Positions 51,384 through 62,400 of a DNA stretch of 64,000 nucleotides are shown piece after piece. Origin of the DNA: Amoebophrya sp. A120 (lineage: Eukaryota; Protista; Dinoflagellata); assembly GCA_905178155.1 (NCBI GenBank), contig CAJINV010000001.1:853643-917642 (forward strand). The letters are read 5' to 3'. The notes below the pieces were generated by a model that searched no databases, was not told where the DNA came from, and worked only from the letters and a program-made list of their open reading frames with translations. Numbering within the stretch: the first letter of the stretch is position 1; every line of letters starts with the position of its first letter. A program made the position numbers and the translations under genes.

Positions 51384-53186
51384 TCAGTTTTTATTTGATA
51401 CAAATACCGCATGAACCCGCCTTTCATGTTTCAAATGTGGCAGTTGACTCGGTCGTGGATGTAGTAAGACGCTCCAGTCCTCTATTTTGGAACCGGTACC
51501 TTGTTCAAACACCTTAGCGGCACTACGCAGGGTATCCCCGTGCTCCGCGAGTACTGCTGAAGTTGTTACCAGATTCTCAGCTTGTTCGGGAAAAAAAGAG
51601 TCGCTCGCACTCGCTTCTCGTGCCGCTGCGGAAGTACTGGATACGGTGTCGTGGCTTTCTTCTACACTCATGACGCACGTGCGACGGTATAGCTCCGACT
51701 GAAAGGCGAAATACGGATCTTGAAGCGGAATGAAAGCACGCCAATTTGTGTGGGCATTCTTCCGGGTAACTACATGTTGCCCAGTAGTTGTGCGTCGTGC
51801 CTGGCCCTGGTCGTGTTCCTCATGCAAGTCTGGACTCGTCGGCACAAATCCGCCGGCGTAGCGCTGATACTGCCATCCGAAATTCTCGAAAAACAGCATT
51901 TTCGGTCCACACTGTCGAAAAATGTTGCCCAAAACGTGCTCCGGTAACCCGGGTGGAGGGTCTAGGGCAAGCAGGTCGAGCGACGAGGAGTGCTGGCGGT
52001 TTGGCGAATCTCTTCCTCCGTTGCTCTTCGGGCAGAGTATTTCCGTCGCCTTTTGCGGGTCTTCGGGCAGAGGGCCCAGTGGGAAACTCACGTTAGCAAA
52101 TGGAGGTTGCGGGACGAGACCCGCGGTCTTAATAGTACCCACAATATTGTCCTCGTCACCGTTTGACGAGAAAAGAATCTCTCTCGTTCGGTCAAATGAG
52201 TCGGAGTTACGTCCGGCTTCAGATGAGGTTTGCATCGCATGACGAAACTGTTCCTCTAATCGCCGAAATACCCTTTGTGAGTTTTCAATCGCGTCCGCAT
52301 CCACATCGGGCGCGACCAGCTCGAATTGCAGCAATTCAGCTGCAAGCACTGGATCTAGTTCGGCTCCCCCACTACTGATCTCCGTCTCCACCCAAGCCCT
52401 TCTTGTTCCAAGTACCGCACGCCGTGCCAGGTACCCCGCGGCCAGTGACAGCGCGGGCCCGTAGCCGCTGTAGCCCAGGAAAAAGACCGCGACTCGCCGC
52501 ACGGCAGGGTGAAAACCCAGGCAGAAAAGCGCTTGCCCCGACGCAGACAGGAGATCCTGGTGACCGCGCGGCCGCCCATCGGAACCACTTTCGTCCACCC
52601 CGGAGTTGCGGCACACACCGCCCCAAACGTAGCTGCGGAGCAAAGGGGCAATGGCGGTTCGGAAAAAACGAAAGAGCAGGGGCCCACTTTGCGTTGATCC
52701 ATCTTCTCCCGGTTGTAGTGCTCCAGTTTTCAAGCCACCGGCGAGAACACTACCTTCCGTGTTCGTTGCCTCATCCACTTGGACGCTGCTCGGGAGAACT
52801 TCCCGGAGAGCCCGCAGAAGAAATTCCTCGGCTGTTCGTGTTCTTTGCGCGTGCTGTTCTTCCGTGGTTTTCTCTGCAGCAAGAACAGTGCTGCTGTAGC
52901 TCGCTCCATCCTCGTGGCTTTCTCCCGCCTCGTCGAGTGCAGTATCGAAGGCCACACTGCTAGATGTGATGTTTGTCGGGAGAAGGTGTCGCAAAATGCT
53001 TCGCACATTCTCGACGCAGCGTGGCAAAAAGGTGCTAGAGGGCGGTAGAAAAATTTCTTTATCATTTTGCAGCTCTACTGATACTGTCATCGTTAGTACG
53101 TACTGGTGCAGCTCTGTGAAGAACGCGTTCTTGTTGGGGTGCTCTGCAACACTGCTCACAAACAAGAGAAGCCACCTAGTACTCAC
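51384..53186 (-). CDS. Hypothetical protein (about 600 aa)
   Basis: Long ORF on the same strand as its neighbours; no recognised domain; start uncertain. Confidence 0.6.
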   Translation of the reverse strand: MSTRWLLLFVSSVAEHPNKNAFFTELHQYVLTMTVSVELQNDKEIFLPPSSTFLPRCVENVRSILRHLLPTNITSSSVAFDTALDEAGESHEDGASYSSTVLAAEKTTEEQHAQRTRTAEEFLLRALREVLPSSVQVDEATNTEGSVLAGGLKTGALQPGEDGSTQSGPLLFRFFRTAIAPLLRSYVWGGVCRNSGVDESGSDGRPRGHQDLLSASGQALFCLGFHPAVRRVAVFFLGYSGYGPALSLAAGYLARRAVLGTRRAWVETEISSGGAELDPVLAAELLQFELVAPDVDADAIENSQRVFRRLEEQFRHAMQTSSEAGRNSDSFDRTREILFSSNGDEDNIVGTIKTAGLVPQPPFANVSFPLGPLPEDPQKATEILCPKSNGGRDSPNRQHSSSLDLLALDPPPGLPEHVLGNIFRQCGPKMLFFENFGWQYQRYAGGFVPTSPDLHEEHDQGQARRTTTGQHVVTRKNAHTNWRAFIPLQDPYFAFQSELYRRTCVMSVEESHDTVSSTSAAAREASASDSFFPEQAENLVTTSAVLAEHGDTLRSAAKVFEQGTGSKIEDWSVLLHPRPSQLPHLKHERRVHAVFVSNKN

Positions 53187-53876
53187 TAAATAGGTCGTCT
53201 CGTCTCGACTTCTGTCGTTGTATCAAGGCGCTACGAGGATAAGCAACTTCTCTTCGGAGAATAAGAAAGGACTCCGAATGAAGGCAAGCACCTTAGAGGA
53301 ATTTTAATCTTTAGTGCGCATGGAGCAAACGGAACACACGAAGGTGTGACGACAAAATGTTAGCTGTGTGCGACACGTGGGGTTTTCACCGTCAGTTTGG
53401 TATCATGGTCCTCTCCAAGCTCCAAAGCGAACTTTTCATTTTTCACCGATTCTCTGGTGCGGTTCTCTTCGTATCTTCTTCGCATGCATTTTGTTACATT
53501 CTACAAGTTCTGGCGGCTTGATGCTCCGTCCGTGCCTGGTCCGGCGTGAGGTACTTGTGCATTGATTTCAGGTTCTTGGCATTCATTGGCACCCAACCGA
53601 ACGGGGCTCATTGAAAATCATAGCCCGAGCTTCTTCAAACAACAACAAGCTCATCTTGTGCATTATTAGTTACGGATGAAAAGTCAATAGTGTCTAAAGC
53701 AGGTTGTATGACGCAATATCGAGAGAGTTCTTCATACAAAGGAAATTCAGCTTTTAATTTTTCAGCGCATTGATGAGTCAAGAAAATAAGTCGAAAATTC
53801 GTAAAAGTGTGTCTAGGTTTAGTAATCGGCTGCAAGCAAGTAAGCAAGTTGTCAACGCATCCTGCTGACGTGGTCC

Positions 53877-55830
53877 TCACGCACGCCCAACTTCCATTTC
53901 GAACTTCGAAATGGCGCCATTCATTTTCGTGACTACCCGCTGCATTTCCACGGCTTCTGTCTCCATTTCGGCAAGGTCCTGTGCAAGGAAGTCGTCATTT
54001 ACTGGTTGGTTACAACACAACCTTCGAAGAGAGAACGAGATGCATCAAGGCTGTCGTCATCAGACGCCTGCACGATTGGAAAAAGAGTGTCGGTTTTTCA
54101 TAGTACGCGAAAAGTAGCAGTAGATAACAATTATGGATACGAAAATACCTCTTCCATGAGTTCCCTATCGCTGTCGAGCATGGCAAATATGTCCCGCATT
54201 TCCGCTCGCACCTCGCCAATCTCTTGCCCCACGTCCGTCTTCATCGTTTGCACCGATTTGTAGAAGTTCACGAAAACTGTTGAGAGTCAAAAACAATGAA
54301 GTAAACACTCGTTTGGTTTTGGAATAGTGCTAGTTCATCATCCGTGAAATGCTGTTGCGGATTATCATGCCAATTTGCAACGTGTGAGTCAAGCTCAAAG
54401 AGTTCCATGTGTCTGCTTCTGGTTCAGTCTGTTTCTGAGGTCGACACTACTTACGTTAAAATTCAACCAACCAAGAACATATTTCATACTCTTCTCGTCC
54501 ACATGTGGCTTTGCTGGGTCGGACCCTAAGTCACGGAGTATGTCGCGCGCGGCGTCTGACCTATCTTGATTCGTGTTTAAATCGCGCACCATTTTCAACA
54601 TCTGCAGCTTTAGACCGGTGGCTGAATCGAAGAGTGAAGACGCCTGAGTGTGTTTCAAGAAAAAGATTTTTTACCATTTATGCCTCGTCCTTGCAAATGG
54701 AGTTTTTTCTTTGTTTGTTTCAAACGAAAAGAGTTCGGAAAAAGCTAAAGGCAATGCAAATCGATCAAATGCTGTTTCTTATGATAAATACCATGTCCCT
54801 GGTGACTGGACTGCCGCGACCGGTGGTATCGATAAACGGTTTCGCTGCTCCTCTTGACCCCGACTTTCCCTTGGACGGCGAGCTCTTCTCGGGTGTGCCG
54901 GCAAACGCGCTAAGGTACCTGTTCAACATTGATGTCTTGCATGTTGTACTCTCTCCGGAATAGAGACAGCTCCACCCGACCACATACATTCAATCATTGA
55001 CTTTCGTGCTTTCTTACCAGCGAACGCGTGCAAGTTGCAAACACAACCAATTCTCGAAAAACTACCAACATCAAGACAGTACGACTGGTCATATTTGCTT
55101 GCGTTTGGCCTTGGAAATGCAGCTTGGCTCACTTGCGCTGGTCGCTTCATCCCTGCAAAGGGCTTGCTCTTCAGCTTGCTGGCGCTACTTGACGACGAGG
55201 ACGAAGAGCCCTGGATTATGGTCGGGGAAGTGTTTGTTTGAAATTGAAGCTATTTTGTTTTTCATTATAGCGTCACGCCACAACCAGAACTTAGTGCCTG
55301 TGCCAGTGCCCGTATAATGTTAATGCAGTACTAAATGTAAGTACAGATAACCGACAACACCAATCAACCCAAGACGTACCCTTGGCTGCGACGAAGACAG
55401 ACTCCTGGCTCGTGCGTCCGAGGTTTTGTTAAAGGTCAACGGGTCGTACATGTTTACTTGCGGCAGCCTGGTTTGCGTCTTCGCTATGATGTTCAGGTCG
55501 TCGAGCGAGGGCGAATTCCTGATGTTCATGTTCCGCGACAGCGGATTGCGGGGTGCGGCCGTTCCCACCATGCTTGTTGGAGATGAGCGAGTAGTTGACT
55601 ATCACTCTAGTGGGTGCAGCGGGACAACAGGACACGACCTGTGGATGAACCGCCTTACTCGGCAGCGAAGACGAGCGTGGTTTGTTTTTGTCGTCAACTT
55701 CTGCGTCACAGAACCGGCGGTACTCTTGTTTCAACACGTAATTCTTGTTCGTCTTCGTTGGAATCAATGTGAAGTGGCTGCAGTAGCAATCTTCTCGACT
55801 GGAGCGGACCTTCGTGGGTGGAGACTACGA
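53877..55830 (-). CDS. Hypothetical multi-exon protein with C-terminal coiled coil
   Basis: Short exons with GT donors, ending ...LDSDRELMEE|DLAEMETEAVEMQRVVTKMNGAISKFEMEVGRA*; 5' end approximate. Confidence 0.4.
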
Positions 55831-56449
55831 CCACAAATAGTGCAGGTACAACAGTGGTCCAGTTTTTACAAGCCCAATAATTTTTGATGGAAGCTACACT
55901 GCATTGTGCTTGTGATTCTTGCGTCACCGAATTCGAACGTTCAAAATTTTTTAGCTTGTTGCCATGAAAACGATCGACGGGCGGTTAGAAGTTAGAAAAC
56001 GATTGCTCGAGTGGTCATGATCACGTTAGTTTTACAACGAAGCACCATGCACCTCTTCTACGGAACGACAAGACACGGTATACGATATCCATTCGTAAAG
56101 CCTCGTCTCTCCGGACTGGCGACCGATCTCTTCTATACCCTGCTCCGCGCTCGACTGATCCTCGGGTAAAGCACGACGAACCACTCTCAACGAAGCAGGC
56201 CGAGTCCAGCAAAGGCGCCTTTCACGAAAATTCACTGATTCGACAGCGGGCGCAGCCGTGCTTTTATTTGTTGGTGTGCACAGATGGACCAAGGAGCACC
56301 AGCAGCAAACTTTTTCGTGGAAAAAAGCAAGTCAGTGGGAAAATACTTCTTGTTGGACGCATTCCCTGCTCCTTCATTCTTCGGTGTAAAGATGAAGTTC
56401 GCCGTGCAGAGAGGCATGGCAGCAAAAGCTTGCCAGGGTCTCACATAGA

Positions 56450-59400
56450 CTACCTGTCCTCATCTGATTTGTCGCGCTGTCCTACAGCATTTTTTCCCCC
56501 AGAAGCGTCCACCGCGCTTTTTTGTTTATCCAGTTCATCTTCCTGCTCGCCCTCGGCAACTTCTACACCCTCCCCCTCCCCCTGGTTCGCAGCTTCTTCC
56601 CCCTCCACACCACCCTCCGCCGCGCCGGTAAACATTTCCGAAAGACTTGCGGAGATACGCTGGAACAGTCCCTGTCCACCCGCCGCCTTTTTACGCATTT
56701 CGCGCTCCCGCACGCCCTGCACACTCCACATGCAGCAGAACTGCACCTTGCAGCGCTCGAGCTCGAACTGCTTGTCCACCATGGGCCGACCGGTGTCCGG
56801 ATCTGGCACAATCAATGGCTGGATGTTCAGAGTGTGCAGCTTGTAATTGCGGTGGAGCAACCCGGGCGTTTCCGCGTAGCTCAGCGTCGGATCCGCGATC
56901 GAAGGATCGTTCTCGATGGACAGTGGTCTCATACTATCGCCGCTTTTGTCCTTTGATGATGATCCACGACCACCGAACAAGCCCTTCATTAATCTCCTTC
57001 CCACGCCGGTCCTCACCCGCACGCCATTGTCGTATTCCAACAACTCCGCCGGGCCCTCGCAGTAGTCCTTGAGACTAAATTCCACCGTGCCGATCGGCGT
57101 GTCGCTGACGCTGAAGACGCCATTCGCGTCCAGCAGAACCAGCTCGCACTTCAGCTCCTGAAACCGCAACTCCATTTCCCGCACCTCGATCTCCACCACT
57201 TCGCTCCACTCCGGGAACTCCGTGTCGTCGAGCGCGCGGGTGTTTCCGATGGCGCGCTTGTTCGCAAACCGGAGTAGCTGGAAATCATCGGTGTCCAGCA
57301 CGTCCGCGGACGGGGAGATGTAGTGAAAGGTCTCCGAGTTGCCCGGCGGCGCGGGATCGCCGGGGACCAGCGGCTGTTGTTCTGTGCCAGAAGTATCTTC
57401 CTTTTTCTCCGGATCGCGCAGCCGTAGCCGCACTTGTATATATGGGTCGCTGAGCGTGAGCACGTCCGCCTGGGGCACGTTGCTGGCGCCGCGGAGGTAA
57501 ACGGCGAACACAAAGCATTTTTCCTCGTCGTCGCCGAGGAGGTCCCCAACCGTCTCGTACCGACTGCCAAGGTCATTCGACTCGAGCTTCGTGGACCCCG
57601 GAACGCGGCGCCGCTCCGCGCGGCGCTCGTTAAACGCCTGCGCCACCGCGCCTGACTGTGTATCTGCTTCGTTTTGGCCTTGTTGTGCTTGCGCTTGCGC
57701 CCCCGTTGAACTAGAACTCGAACTTCCCCCCGCTGCCCCAGCGGCCGTGCTTTGCGGCGCACCACCCGCTTTCCGAAGCCCTGAGGGGACGGCGTCCGCA
57801 AAGCCGGCCGGCGACTCGCCCGCAACGACCTGTGGGCGATCGTCAATCCAATCCGGCATGCCGACCACTCCCTGACGGAACAGCTTCTGTAAGATCTGGC
57901 TGGGTCGCTCGCGCCCCTGGTTCGCGTCCCGCACCAGCACCGGCTGCAGCCGGCGCAGCTCCGGCAGTACCTCGTCTTTCAGCCGCAAGGCGTCGATCGC
58001 TTTTTCGTACTGACCGCACAGCTATCAAATGTAAAAATGTCTGGGTCTGGAAGAATGCCAGTTTGTCATGCTTGTCTGGCATGACTCTTAAATCTGTCAT
58101 GCACATTACGAAAGAGCCCCACTTTTCTGTCATGCAGAAACGTAGTTTGTCATGCAGAATAGGCAACACCTAGAAGCTCAGAAACTTGTCATGCTGAGCC
58201 AGCAATTGTGGCCTCCTCATGATATGCCACACAGCATCACAAGTTTCCAGACCCAGACACTTTTACATTTGATAACAGCTTCTGGAAGATCTCCAGATAG
58301 TAGGCGTGGTTGGTCACGTCGGACAGCCGGTCCCGCAGTCTCACGTTCTCGTTCGCGAGCACCCTTGCGTATGCATTGCAAAAAATATGTCTGGGTCTGC
58401 AAGATTCTGAGACCTGTCATGCACGTTTTGCACGAGCCATGAAGATGTCTGTGATGCACGCCCTAGCACCACAGTATTTTTGAGGGTTTCTTGATGCCTA
58501 TTCCGCATGAGAAACAAAGGCCCTCTCCGCGCAGAAAAAATTGCATATCCAGCCTTTGCTGCTCATGCAATACAGATTTTTTCGGAATCGCAATGCAGCA
58601 TCACAAGTTGCATTCTTCCAGACCGAGACATATTTGCACTGGATAGTGCGGCCCCGGACCCCAAATCCAGTTTCGCCAGCGGGTCGGGCATATCTAGTGT
58701 AAAAGTGTCTGGGTCTGGAAGGATGCAACTTGTGATGCGACCTTTGGACTCTACATAAAATCTGTATTGCATGAACAGCAAAAGGTCCAACTTTTGCTAC
58801 GCTAAGAGGACATTTCTCATGCGGTATGAGCATCAGAAAGCCCTCGCAGAATCTCTGATGCTAGGGCATGCATCACAAACCTCAAGGGTCATGCAAAATC
58901 AGCATGTTGACAAACTCCTGCATTGTTCCAGACCCAGACATTTTTACATTTGATAGGGCAGAAACGTGCACACCTCCGGCCGAAACAGCCGGTTGTTTTT
59001 CACGCTGGCTTCGTGCTCCTGAAACCGCTCGCAGTTCAGGAACCGCGCCGGCCCGCGGACGTGCAGTAAGGGGATGAGTTTCGTCTTCTTAGCCTGCTGG
59101 TCGACCTTGTTAGTACTCTTCTCGTGACCGCCGGTTTTGTCAACAAACTGCGTGACCTCCTCTGGCTGGAGCGGGCGCTCCCCGGAGGTCAGCAATAGCT
59201 CCACGTGGTCCCGATGGCACGCGGCGAACTCCGCCATCTCGTTCTGGACGGCGCCGAGAAACGCGTCCTTCCGCTGCTCCAGCACCCGGTAGGGCACGTC
59301 GAATTCGAAGCGGCCCAGCGTGCGGATCTGGCCCCCGGAGCTCACGTCCGCCTCCGCCAGAATGTATGAGAGTGAACAACAACTCCACCTCTCGTCTATT

Positions 59401-62400
59401 TGTATAGCATAAGCAGCAACAGAAGCAATGCCACAAAGGTAGCTTCTGCATGACAAACCCGCACATAGATTGTAGTCCTGTTTGGGCGACGTCCAAAACT
59501 TGCCATGCGAAGAGTGTTTAAAGGCAAGAGGTGGCCTCGGTATTTTGCATGACAAATGAGGGAGAGGCGGAGCTGTGCACTCTCCTAGAATGCCGTCGGG
59601 GGCGAGAAACATGTCCCGGTTCAACTGCTCCATCTGCGCCTTTCTCAAATGTAAAACTGTCTGGGTCTGGAAGAGTGCGCGGTTTGTCATGCAGCTTTTC
59701 CATGTCCCATGAAGCCTGGAATGCAGGACTTAGCATGACAGATTCTGCGCAATCTCTCTCATGCCTATCCTGCATGAGAAACTCCCTCCCGACTTGGTAA
59801 AAACTGGACGACTCTTGGTAATCACGCAACGCAGATTTTTGCATGCTTCAGATTTAGCATGACAAGTTGCATTCTTCCAGACCCAGACACTTTTACATAT
59901 CATAGCCTTCTGCAGCTCCCAGAACCGCTTCTCGACCGGATCCCAGGAACTGAGCATGCGATCGTGCTCCTTGCCCATGTTCACCAGGTCCTTCTGGTCG
60001 AACTTCGGCCCAGCGGTGCGGCGCTGCTGTTGAACAAAAGAACCAGATGCACTTTGATGCTGTTGTTCCTTTTGCTCGTGAAGCATTTTGCGCTGCAGTG
60101 TGCCAAGCACGACGAGGTCGGCGTGCAGCTGCGACAGGAGCTTGTGCGTCTGCACATGGGGGCCGGACTCCTCGAAGTTGTGATTCATCTCGGCTTTGTT
60201 GTGCTTTTTCGGCCGCGCCAATATGTCGCGCAACGCGGTGTCCTCGATGTGCCGGTTCTGATCCTGCTCTGCCACCAGGTTCGTCACACGTTGGACCATG
60301 GAAATGTCGTCCTTCTTTTTCCCAGCAGGACGATTGCCTCCAGAAGTAATTATCTCGGGAACAACCTCCTCCTTCTTGCCGCCACTCGACCCTCGCGCCA
60401 CGTAGTTGAGTCGCTGCCGGTCGGGGTCGTTCAACGCCTCCACTTCCGCCACCAGTTCCTCTATTCTGAGTAAAAACGTCCCCATCCCTTAGTTGTAATG
60501 CTAATCCGCATGCTGGCAATGTTTCTCATGCGCATCCCCATGAGAAGCATTTTCTAGTCCTGTTTCGGAATTTGTCATGCTCCAATTATATAAATTCACA
60601 TTCCTGGCGCAATTCACCCAACGAGCGAAAGCGCGCGGAAACGATGATAATCGAAGGCAGTGCTGACGCGCGCTGCAGTCCTCGTCGCGGGACGCCCTGC
60701 GACGGTCACACTGGCGAGCAAGAAGAGAACCCGGCCGGCACAGCGAGCTACAAGTAGCAAGCCGCGCGAGCCAAGCTCTCAAACCCCACAGAGCCACGCC
60801 CCGGACGTGAAGGTGGGCCAAGCCGTGGAACACGACATGGCCCACCGAACATCTGGGGAGGCTTGCGGGGGGTGCCGCAGGGTATCTCGCAATGAAGCTG
60901 CAGCAGCTGGGTGGGAGGGCGGGGAAAAAACGCCGAGTCCAGGCAAGCCCGGACGAAGCGGAGATTCTAGATAGAGGACAGAGAACCAGCGGAAGCTGGT
61001 CGACATCGGGCAGCCAGCCCGACGTCGGAGTGTGCAACCCTCTTGCTTGATCATGTAAATTGATATAACTGCTACGCACGTTATATAAATTCACATTCCT
61101 GGCGCAATTCACCCAACGAGCGAAAGCGCGCGGAAACGATGATAATCGAAGGCAGTGCTGACGCGCGCTGCAGTCCTCGTCGCGGGACGCCCTGCGACGG
61201 TCACACTGGCGAGCAAGAAGAGAACCCGGCCGGCACAGCGAGCTACAAGTAGCAAGCCGCGCGAGCCAAGCTCTCAAACCCCACAGAGCCACGCCCCGGA
61301 CGTGAAGGTGGGCCAAGCCGTGGAACACGACATGGCCCACCGAACATCTGGGGAGGCTTGCGGGGGGTGCCGCAGGGTATCTCGCAATGAAGCTGCAGCA
61401 GCTGGGTGGGAGGGCGGGGAAAAAACGCCGAGTCCAGGCAAGCCCGGACGAAGCGGAGATTCTAGATAGAGGACAGAGAACCAGCGGAAGCTGGTCGACA
61501 TCGGGCAGCCAGCCCGACGTCGGAGTGTGCAACCCTCTTGCTTGATCATGTAAATTGATATAACTGCTACGCACGTTATATAAATTCACATTCCTGGCGC
61601 AATTCACCCAACGAGCGAAAGCGCGCGGAAACGATGATAATCGAAGGCAGTGCTGACGCGCGCTGCAGTCCTCGTCGCGGGACGCCCTGCGACGGTCACA
61701 CTGGCGAGCAAGAAGAGAACCCGGCCGGCACAGCGAGCTACAAGTAGCAAGCCGCGCGAGCCAAGCTCTCAAACCCCACAGAGCCACGCCCCGGACGTGA
61801 AGGTGGGCCAAGCCGTGGAACACGACATGGCCCACCGAACATCTGGGGAGGCTTGCGGGGGGTGCCGCAGGGTATCTCGCAATGAAGCTGCAGCAGCTGG
61901 GTGGGAGGGCGGGGAAAAAACGCCGAGTCCAGGCAAGCCCGGACGAAGCGGAGATTCTAGATAGAGGACAGAGAACCAGCGGAAGCTGGTCGACATCGGG
62001 CAGCCAGCCCGACGTCGGAGTGTGCAACCCTCTTGCTTGATCATGTAAATTGATATAACTGCTACGCACGTTATATAAATTCACATTCCTGGCGCAATTC
62101 ACCCAACGAGCGAAAGCGCGCGGAAACGATGATAATCGAAGGCAGTGCTGACGCGCGCTGCAGTCCTCGTCGCGGGACGCCCTGCGACGGTCACACTGGC
62201 GAGCAAGAAGAGAACCCGGCCGGCACAGCGAGCTACAAGTAGCAAGCCGCGCGAGCCAAGCTCTCAAACCCCACAGAGCCACGCCCCGGACGTGAAGGTG
62301 GGCCAAGCCGTGGAACACGACATGGCCCACCGAACATCTGGGGAGGCTTGCGGGGGGTGCCGCAGGGTATCTCGCAATGAAGCTGCAGCAGCTGGGTGGG

